A DNA stretch of 62,348 nucleotides, counting the filler, from Sluysia triapertura (Eukaryota), in NCBI GenBank assembly GCA_046118255.1. It is 5 parts of 5 records of this genome, joined end to end, with 100 filler letters (N's around TTAATTAATTAA, not from the genome) between each part and the next. Parts side by side here need not be neighbours in the genome. Positions count along the whole stretch, not along the records: positions 51,254 to 62,348 come from JBJNIA010188954.1; 4 more parts are not named here. One strand, 5' to 3'. Both the position numbers and the translations under genes were made by a program. Below the pieces are notes generated by a model. The model was given only the letters and a program-made list of their open reading frames with translations, made no database searches and was not told where the DNA came from. Positions 53,366 to 62,348 of the stretch are shown piece after piece. The first letter of the stretch is position 1. Every line of letters starts with the position of its first letter.

Positions 53366-55230
53366 GAATGTAAGAAATGTAACAAGAGAATCACAATTGT
53401 TTAATGTGAACGTTACTGAAAATCGTCCGAATCATATTGGTCTACATCGGAATGTAGGGCGTCGGTTGGCTGGAACCATTCTCAGAGTTATCTAAATCGA
53501 CTCCTGGAAAGAGGTGTCACTTATTAGTTTGTTCGACGAGACTCTGGATATTAGTAGTTTGGTTGAGAAGGAAAGAGGGCGTGGAAAGCGTCTAAAAATT
53601 GATCAGGAGTTTCTGATTGTGTAGAGTTGACAAGTTGGGGGAGAATGGGGATTAGAATAAGATGGAGATGACAACTGAGGGAATTAAAAGAAGAGCAAGA
53701 GGTGCAGGCAGGTTTTGAGGAAGGGAAGATGGGTCATTTGCCTTAATATAATCTGCTGGCTTTTATACGGAAAGATTTATCCTAGCAAGAAGTCTAGAGG
53801 TCAGTTCTCCTAATAAGCATTTCTTATACCTATGAAGTTGGCGTCCTATTAGGATTTTTCAAAAAATTAGTCACGTAGTTGTTTAATTGGAATAGCAACG
53901 TTTTACGGTACCTATTATGTTAATTCAATTAAGAAGTTGTACTTGAGCTATGTTCTAGTCAATAATATAAAGATTAAGCCAGCCTTTTTACGGTCAAGCA
54001 AAAAAACAAAGTATTTTAGAATATTAAGCTAGCCTTTTACGGTCTAGCAAATAATAAAATATTTTAAAAATTAATAACAATACGTCTAGACCCATAAAAA
54101 TATATTATCTACAACTAAAAGTTTATACAGATAAAATTAATTCACAATAAAGAAAAATAATTATAATAGTAATATTGATTTTAGATGAATACTTAAGATT
54201 ACGTATCTTAATACTTAAATGTATTTTACGTTAAGATTGACCTAGCATGTAAGGTCTAGGATGAAAATGCTAATAAGTTTATGTAATAGTTTAAATTTCT
54301 CCTATGTAAAGTGAGAAATATTATAAACCTATTAAAATAATCTTATTCATGCATGGATTTAACATCTTCGTCATATATGATCATAACAATTCCTTGTCGA
54401 TTTTTTGTACGTGAAATAATTCCAAAATTTTTGTTCTACTTATAAGAATAGTTTAGCGGCCATGTTTATTTATTAATTGAAACGAAATTGATTAGTTAAA
54501 ACAAAAATGCTTAAATTAAAAGTATTTTATTTTTATTTTATATACCAAAATTAAATTAAAAATTTCATTTTATATTTACAATTTATAATTAAAAAATTTT
54601 TAAAGCAAAAGTATTTAAATTTAAAATTATTTTATTTTTATTTTATTTACAATTTTTGGTAATTTACAAGTTTTAGCATTTATACAATTATATACAATTT
54701 TATACACAATTTTCAGTATAATAGAAGTATGGATTTTATATAACTTTTCTACTCCAACAAATCGAGCAACGAAATAGCATTCTTAATGAGGTCGATACAT
54801 GGGTAATAAAGGGATATGAGATGTGCGTTTATAAGTGTTAGAAGATATTCTCTTTAGATTTTAGTTTGGAATGTTACATATTGATCATTCGAATTCGATG
54901 ATTAAATTATTGGATAAATCCAGACTTCCGATTGAATATTATTGAAAATCTTATAAGTACAATATCCTGAAGATAAATTATAATTAAAATAAAATTATTC
55001 ATTACATATTATTATTTACATTATTATTTTAGACTTAATCACTGTAGGAATAAATTTGACTTTATTTGAGATTCTGAAAAAAATTGTATTCGCAATTCTA
55101 TCTCTGATATCAGAGACTAGTTAGAAAAACAACTTCACACATAACAAGAACTTATATCAAGGTTTATAAAATCATTCGATATGTTCAACTTTTTCTAAGT
55201 CTGAAACAATTATGATATTAATAAATGTAC

Positions 55231-55286
55231 TGGGTCCGCCTGTGATATACGATTTATATTGCATAAAAGACGTATTCACAGGATGT
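55231..55286 (+). ncRNA. Motif M copy 10
   Basis: TGGGTCCG CCTGTGA TA TACG ATTTAT ATTGCATAAA AGA CGTA T TCACAGG ATGT; P1 7 bp perfect, P2 ATACG/CGTAT. Confidence 0.55.
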
Positions 55287-55692
55287 CAAAAAACTACGAA
55301 AGGATTCATTAAACTTTGCAGCAATGAGGGTCTCAATCACTTAAATTTTTGAACTAGTCAGTTAATCCTATCTTAATAATTGCTTAATTAACTCTTTAAA
55401 AATTTAATCAAAATTTATCTTTTATTTTATAATGTTCGAGGAATACTTTGTTTAATTTTCTCTTTTTAATAAAATTTCTCGTAATAACTTTATTAAGTTG
55501 GTTTATAACTTTATTCTTCTACCAATTTTAAACTAGAATTTCTTCCAAAAATTATTCCTTTAATGAAAAACTGTGTAACTAAACGAAGTATTTATTATAA
55601 AGAAAAACAATTTAATACAAGTCGAGTATGTATTATATATTATATATTATAAAATAAATAAATAAAATAAATAATTCGTGAAGTTTAAGACA

Positions 55693-55752
55693 GATTTTGA
55701 CTCAGGCGAATGCTTGAGTTTCGAAAATGTAACGATTTTAAGTCTATTTTGA
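55693..55752 (+). other. Motif C hairpin
   Basis: GATTTT GACTCAGGC gaat GCTTGAGTT TCGAAAATGT..GATTTTAAGTCTATTTTG. Confidence 0.55.
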
Positions 55753-56524
55753 GGCAAACTATTGATGCCGAAATTAAAAATAAATATCCTACTTATTCAT
55801 GTCATATGAATATCGAAATAGAAATGTAGTCCACTATAGTTCCAGAAATTGACGACAATAGTAATTTTCTCCATAAAGATTTATGATAGTTTTTATTGTT
55901 GACACGGTAGTTTTTTCACGAAAATTATAAAGAGTTTTACCGTTGATAATAGTAGTTTTTTCTCCGCAAAAGATAATCTTCCAGTTAATTGTTAGAAACT
56001 TATAAAGTTATTTATTTTTTTGTTGCCTTCGCTCATGAAGAGATCGCCTCTATTTATATGCAAATAAATGATTTATAATAATTTACCAATAAAATATTTA
56101 TTTTCCGAATCCGGTATTATAAATGATTTCGAAATATAATGTAAATACTTAGTTCAAGGTTTAAATCACTAAATAATACAAAAATTTTAAATAAACAATT
56201 ATTTATATAATATACATATTTAATAGTTTACTTTTGTAAAGGTCAAATTTCAAAATTAATTAAAATTTTCGAAGTTAATTAATGTATATTTTTAATTTCA
56301 CAATTTTTAAATATTTTAAAATTCTTTAATTACAATATTTATACAACATTTAAATTATAAAATTTACATTAAAATTTTAAATTACAATATTTACATTACT
56401 TCTCCGTTAGGGAAGAATCGTCTCGAATCGAATATAATAAAATCATATAAGTCAATATAGTAATATAAAATCACAATAAAAATTGAATGTAAACATCAAA
56501 TCATCAGAATAATGCATAAAAACG

Positions 56525-57829
56525 TTAATTGTCTAAATCGACGTCACTATCGTCATCCAAAGGTGACGGATAGGCAGGGCTTGACATTGATTAATATCGT
56601 CCATTTTTCCATGGTTGAAAGAACGTGTTTCCTCCATACGGAATGTGAATTGAACTTGGAGATGGACATCGAACCGTAGGCTGTTTGGTTAACGGAGAAA
56701 CTGCAGGTTTTATATATTTCGCGGGCGATGATGTAGATGGTAATGATGATTCAGGTACTAACGATGGTATTGATGATGATGGTGTTAGTGGAGCCAGGAT
56801 AGCATTACTAGAAATAGAAAAGAGTGAAGGAGGAGGTGCAGAACAATTAGAAATAAAGGACAAGTCCCTCTCACGGATCAGATCTAACAGTGAAACCAAC
56901 TCAAAAGCCATCCTTGAGCAGGTCATACGGGGTGGTACGGTATATAATAATGTGAAGGTCTGTCGTCCACGTGAGATTGCGTCATCAGTGCGTATGATAG
57001 AAGGTTGATGTTAGATAAGTTAATAAACCTTTAAGCCACCCAAAAGGCAAGTCAATATTCTTAATGATAAAACATGGGTTTAGAGATACCATGATTTTAT
57101 CGTGCAAATGATCTAGTAAGAAGGGGCGGACATCATCGATATCCTTAACCCCAGAGATGTCCGAATCATTGATCTCCTGGATATCTCTCACAAAATTCTT
57201 TACACGTAACCGCGGCTTAATATTGATGTCAGTATGGAATTGCTTTGAATATGGGGTACAAGATAGATGTGTTAAATGCGGGCGGTCAAGGAAATCGAAG
57301 GCGTAAGAGTATGCGATAAAAACTAAACGATTTTCATCGTAGGCAGTCATTGGAGGAATATGAGTGAAAGATGTTCCGTTCTGCCATCGCGGCATATTTA
57401 CAGTGTCATCTTTGTACAAATTTGGGAGAAAAGACTGGAAGATGGACGGAGGTAAAGGAGAAAGCAACGCAATCGAAGTGGGATACTCTGTTGCCTCTAC
57501 TACAACATTACACTTCTCATGCAAGTTGGTAATGTGTAATGATGTGAAACTATGGACACGAGTTAGAAACGGTGCACCGCTGTCCATCAAAGTGACCTTC
57601 ACAACACAAATAGAGAGAACTTATAGATTCTGGGACTTGTGAAAGGCCATCGAATGAAATGAATGACGACTCAGGTTTTAACGAAAATACATGAGTTGCG
57701 TGATTCAGATTAAGCTCAGATTTTAAGGTGATAGATGTTGAGACGGAATCACAGAAAAAGGCAGGAGTAATGCTTTCGTGACAATATCGTGACAATTTTT
57801 TTCTGGTTTAATATCCGGCTTGAATGTGA
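56525..57829 (-). pseudogene. Unknown P(F/Y)GWLKG-family protein, copy B (~430 codons, two frameshifts)
   Basis: Strong acceptor TTTTTTCTCTCTTTCTTTCAG ending at 57830; ORFs 57550-57795, 56985-57602 and 56591-56926 join by frameshifts; Ser/Pro-rich tail reads through TAA to ..DDDSDVDLDN*; homologous to 28480-29385. Confidence 0.75.
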
Positions 57830-57945
57830 CTGAAAGAAAGAGAGAAAAAAACCATACATATAAAAATAAAAATTTAAATAAGTAGGCTATTCTTTATCTA
57901 AAATTCATTCATTATTATATAATACTAAATAAAATAAATTAAGAA

Positions 57946-58380
57946 CTAATTTTTTCTTTTCAAGAAATGATTAAAAGGTTTCAGAACTTTAGACATTTTA
58001 GCTTCCTTTTCCTTATAAAAATGTTTTAATTGACGCCTTCGTTTATTGCGTCTTTGCGATTTGGACAAACCTGACGAAAAGTTAGGGGAGGTCTTACCCC
58101 TCCGTTCTTACTAAGACTGATAAATATCAATACCGGGTTCCTCGGAAGCATCCGTTATATACTTAACGGTAAACGTATATGATCGTCGGAAGGTACGTTT
58201 ATAGTAAATGTCACATTCAAGAATAGTTGCTCTACATAATGGGCAAACAGGCAGAGGGAAAGGAGAAGACTCAAAAAGATGATACAGACAAAAGAAATGA
58301 AAACGGTGAAAGCAAGGGGAAGTCTTAGCGAAGTATTTTCAAAGAGAACGAAGACATATGGCACACGTAGAATACGACAT
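57946..58380 (-). pseudogene. RING-finger gene (viral ICP0/IE-style) with basic NLS-like tail
   Basis: caacaATG: MSYSTCAICLRSL*KYFAKTSPCFHRFHFFCLYHLFESSPFPLPVCPLCRATI..; TGA at codon 14, TAG TAA at 58108-58113, then in-frame QRRNKRRRQLK. Confidence 0.8.
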
Positions 58381-58758
58381 TGTTGGGTGCTTTAACTAAA
58401 ATAAAAAATTAACAAATATATACGGTTATAAATATGTAGTATTAGAAATATTAAAAAATCCTAAACCTAGATAAAAATTAAGTAATATTTTAGTTAGTCA
58501 TATGCACGATCCTTACTATTTATAATAACATAATTAATATTAATCCTTATGATTTTAATATCGCATGTGACCCTAAGTGAATGGGAGTGCCTTCACATAT
58601 GGTCAATTATGCAATATGTATTAAAATTTATATGAAAAAATGAATCCTATGCCTAATAAACAAGTAGAATTTTGGAATAATAAAATTAATTATTAACGTT
58701 ACTAAAGAAATTATTGTCAAAATATAGTTAATTGTTATGGTGAAATTATTGTTGGATT

Positions 58759-59246
58759 TCAATATTCAATATTTTCCTTGCTTACATTTGTATTTGTAGT
58801 GTTCGAACTTATATTCATGTTTATGTTAGAAAACATATTCGTAAAATTGTTATTGATTTTAGACGTTTTCTCTGATTTCGTATCCGAATCATTTTCGTAT
58901 TTATCTATAACTGGTACTTGCACAACATGATATCTGATTGTTGGCCAAAATCCTTTTGAATTGTTTTTCTTAATATCCAAAATTTGATAAACATGAGTTT
59001 ATTATTCGGAATATGATATAAACGAATGGTATCGTTAGGCAATATCATTCCGTAACGTAAACCGTTAGACTGTTCGTATGCAATTATCAATGTATTATTG
59101 TATAGTTGGTTATGAATACGTACAACATTTCCGAAATAACGATGGATGATCATTGGAAATTCAATTACTGTTGATGATTGTTGGAATGGTTTAGTTCTTA
59201 TCTTATAATACCATATTAAGATAGTCCTTGAGTCACTCTGAGTCAT
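58759..59246 (-). pseudogene. Virus-like hypothetical protein (113-aa and 73-aa ORFs, probably one frameshifted gene)
   Basis: ATG overlaps the upstream stop (ATGA at 59243-59246); frames overlap at 58905-58980. Confidence 0.45.
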
Positions 59247-59773
59247 ATTCCCAGTTCCATAGTTATCGTTACACTAATTAGTTGATATTCAGCAAGATCA
59301 ATGCAGGATCTAAACAAGTAGAAATCCTGTTTACTTGCCCTTACTTCAATTTCACACCAATCCATTATACAACATCTTATTTGAACGGAAAATGACCTAA
59401 TTTTATCTATCAATATTCTAGCGTAGACATCTTTCTGAGTATATACTAAAATTATTCTAGGTGTGGTATTTTCTGATAAGTAACTTGTACTTGATATACA
59501 AGATAGATACATATCAATATCGTAGATTTTACTTGAGTCATTTGTGGCATATTCATAAATTGGAGGTGAAAGTATTGTTTTACTTTGTGGAGGAGCGTAA
59601 TTGTTTCGATGTGGAACTGTATACACGTCGTCATTATTATCATTGTTATGCGGTAAATATGGATATCGGCATTTATTCGAAACAAACATAATAATAGTCA
59701 ACACCACTATGGCTAAATCGATTATGAACAATATTGTTGCTACGATTAATATTACTGGGCTGGCTCGCTTCAT
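59243..59773 (-). CDS. Virus-like hypothetical membrane protein, 176 aa, N-terminal TM helix
   Basis: Long ORF in AT-rich DNA; hydrophobic VILIVATILFIIDLAIVVLTIIMFV; ATGA overlaps at both ends. Confidence 0.6.
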   Translation of the reverse strand: MKRASPVILIVATILFIIDLAIVVLTIIMFVSNKCRYPYLPHNNDNNDDVYTVPHRNNYAPPQSKTILSPPIYEYATNDSSKIYDIDMYLSCISSTSYLSENTTPRIILVYTQKDVYARILIDKIRSFSVQIRCCIMDWCEIEVRASKQDFYLFRSCIDLAEYQLISVTITMELGI

Positions 59774-60096
59774 AATGTTTCCAATATTGTTAGTTGTTTC
59801 CTGGTTCCTTTTAGTGCGAAATGTAAATATTTTTCCGAAAGATATATTTTCGTAATTATATGCCTATCTTCTGTAGGTAATAAATCGGAACATACCGTCA
59901 CTGGATAATTTAAATTATCGTTAATATAATTTTCGCATATTATCCATGTACTAAAATTAAGTCTAACTGGTTTTAGGCATGCAAATCTAGCGTGAATATT
60001 ATTTATTGTTTTAACTTTTACTTCGTTATCTATATTATAAAACTCGAAATGTTCTGTCTTAAAAGAGTATTCATGACATTGAGTTACTGTGATCAT
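59770..60096 (-). CDS. Virus-like hypothetical protein, 108 aa
   Basis: cacaATG start; its TGA overlaps the next ATG (59770-59773). Confidence 0.5.
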   Translation of the reverse strand: MITVTQCHEYSFKTEHFEFYNIDNEVKVKTINNIHARFACLKPVRLNFSTWIICENYINDNLNYPVTVCSDLLPTEDRHIITKIYLSEKYLHFALKGTRKQLTILETL

Positions 60097-60258
60097 TGTG
60101 ATTAAAATTAAGGGTATGAGATTTTTATTATTCCTAGGAACCTGTACTTTCCTACCTATTTGAAATAAATAGAGTATGGTCCAAAGTATATATATAGTAC
60201 CGTGAAGATTAGTAATATTATAAAGAATTTATAAGAGTGAACTTATCTAATTCGTATA

Positions 60259-60662
60259 TTAAAGTAGATTCACCTGTATCGCAACTTGTATGTCCATTCT
60301 ACAAAATGATCTAGACATCATTGTTCCTTTTTCAATATCAAAACTTTAATTAAAAGATTTTAAGCTTACTACAAAAGTTTCTTGAGCGACGACATTATGA
60401 TAAATTTTTCTCTCGTACTCGATTGATACTTGTTCACATGTTTCATCTGTTAGTACGTTTCCAGCAATTCTAATATTATAGATAATTTTTTCATTATTTC
60501 TTACTCTCAGTTTATCACCTTTTACCAATCCGATATATCCAGTTTCAAAAGCCTCTACAATTATTTGGTAAAATTTTAATTGGTTTTAATACATATGGTA
60601 ACTCTATTATCGATGAATGGCTATGATGGCCACAATACCATATTGCCGCTGATCTTAAACAT
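60259..60662 (-). pseudogene. Decayed virus-like ORF
   Basis: 60-aa ORF extends upstream (IIVEAFETGYIGLVKGD) and through TAA into SFDIEKGTMMSRSFCRMDIQVAIQVNLL*. Confidence 0.35.
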
Positions 60663-62088
60663 GTTATTTTTCCTGTATTATATTTTCAATAAAAATTTAC
60701 GAAAAATAACATTGAGTATCGATAATCTTTGAGCTTATTATCGGATTTTAATAGTATGAAAGATGATAATAACAATAACATGTGTTAGTTTAATATTTTA
60801 AAGAGATTAAAGATTAATAGTAATAATAAGTGAAAATAATAATTTACGATTACTTAAACAATTAATATTTATTATTTTAAAAGTTAAAATTTTGTCGACA
60901 GAGATATGGGAGTTGATATAATGCTATGTAATAATGTATGTCGAGCGTGTTCTAATGTGTTCAAAATGAAATTCTCTGAGATATTGATGATGTTTGTAAT
61001 TGTGACACCACAATTAGGTATTGATTGATCCAGAAGGTATATATTATGTTAAAGCAGTGTTTGTTTTACTTATTCTATTAGGTTGATTAAAAGATTAAAT
61101 TTTTATTGAATTTCTTTCAATAAAATTATACATCTAGATAAATTAAAGACATGTGTTTTACAGATCTACTACTAATATCTACAAGTATACTTACTATTCG
61201 TATTTAAATTGATTGTATGCAATCATGTATTGTCGCATTCAAAATGGATTACTTAATCAATTTATACAAACTATCAAATAAACTTGTTACCCATGACATC
61301 TGAACCTGAAATTTTTTCTACCCTATTTTATTTGAAATATAATTTTCGTGTGTCATTGTATTTTTAAGCCGTAAAGTTGTCTTGGAAGTAAGCACTTAAG
61401 TATTAGTAAAAAATTAAAAGCGAATTAGTCTTATTTCTAGTTGTTAATTTCAAGTCAAAATCATATTAATAAATTAATGTAAGTATCAAATCATTTAATA
61501 CCTTTTTGTAAGGAACTTATAAATTTTAAGTAAAAGTTATCACATTAAAAATTGTTAAAGATGATGACTAAATGGAGAGTACAAACTACAGAAGAACAAA
61601 TAATTTGAGTCCGAAAGAAAAGTTGATCCATTGGACGTCACTAGAATTGATGACCAATTGAACATAAGTATTTCGTAATTTTATTTTTTCATAGATGTGA
61701 ATTAATTACATCTTTTTAGAAGAAATTGAAAATTTTTTTATGAGGACTAGTACAGCGACTATTTGATCAATATAAATGAAAATTCAATATTAATCAAAGA
61801 ACGCGTCATGGAGCAGATCAAATTTATTCTCATTTAATGGTTTCTTCGATAGAAATAAGACATCGGAAGCACTTCTTAGGTATCACGGAAATCACAACTA
61901 ATAACCGAACGAATAAGTAACTTATCTATCATTCTTTTGATATGTTTAAAATGGTAAATGAAACTATTTTATGAAAATCAACAAGGAAATAATATTGACT
62001 AACCATCAACAACAAAGGACATTTAATTTTTTTACTTAATTTTTATACTAGATTTTTTCTAGTCTTCAGAATAAAAGATTAATTATAA

Positions 62089-62139
62089 TGAGTCCACCAA
62101 CGTACTAGGCTTACCGATTAGGGCCAGCCGTTGGATTTT
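62089..62139 (+). ncRNA. Motif M copy 11
   Basis: TGAGTCCA CCAACG TA CTAG GCTTAC CGATTA GGG CCAG C CGTTGG ATTTT; P1 perfect. Confidence 0.55.
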
Positions 62140-62348
62140 AGAAACAGGTAAGAGGTCAGATACAAAGTTAAAATTGAATTGAAGAGCAGTGGGTGATTTT
62201 ATATTCTTTAGTTTATTATTAATTGCACATTTTTTTGTTTCAGAAACTTTTAAAATGATTAAATAAAATCGATTAATTAACCTAACTATTAACAAAAAAG
62301 GCTTATGGCCTGAACTGTCTAATAAAAACAACATTAACGAAAAATACG

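Noticed and set aside
56685-57642. Plus-strand ORFs of 107 and 92 aa (and 28716-29024)
   Set aside because: Antisense shadows; the minus strand carries the cross-contig homology
58155-58364. 69-aa hydrophobic ORF
   Set aside because: Alternate frame of the RING pseudogene
45771-60662. Alternative genetic code explaining the in-frame stops
   Set aside because: TGA, TAA and TAG all occur internally along with frameshifts; RBX2 ends in TAA at its conserved terminus; the mariner TGA replaces Arg, not Trp

Overview
Very AT-rich, repeat-laden animal-type genomic DNA (spliceosomal GT-AG introns, ankyrin and tyrosine-kinase exons, mariner/hAT/pogo/piggyBac remnants). It is five contigs joined by four artificial 100-nt N44-TTAATTAATTAA-N44 spacers, so adjacency across spacers means nothing. 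Apparently intact host coding sequence is sparse: an intronless RBX2/RNF7, two ankyrin exons and C-terminal tyrosine-kinase exons. Most other coding signal is decayed cargo not visible in the ORF track: an ICP0-style RING gene, a UBFD1-like UBL gene, BTB and Unkempt-type CCCH pseudogenes, a probable tyrosine recombinase, two diverged copies of an unrecognised P(F/Y)GWLKG protein, and ATGA-coupled ORF arrays resembling an endogenised DNA virus or giant mobile element. The strongest novel signal is a ~50-nt two-stem motif (TGRGTYCR-P1-TA-P2-RYTTAY-N6-11-RGR-P2'-P1'-ATTT) in about 11 copies on four contigs. Its linkers are conserved while its stems covary, it often occurs in tandem pairs, and it sits in a fixed module with a second covarying hairpin. 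It is a candidate new structured RNA (possibly a ribozyme or retroelement cis-signal). All alignments and translations were done by eye; no searches were run.
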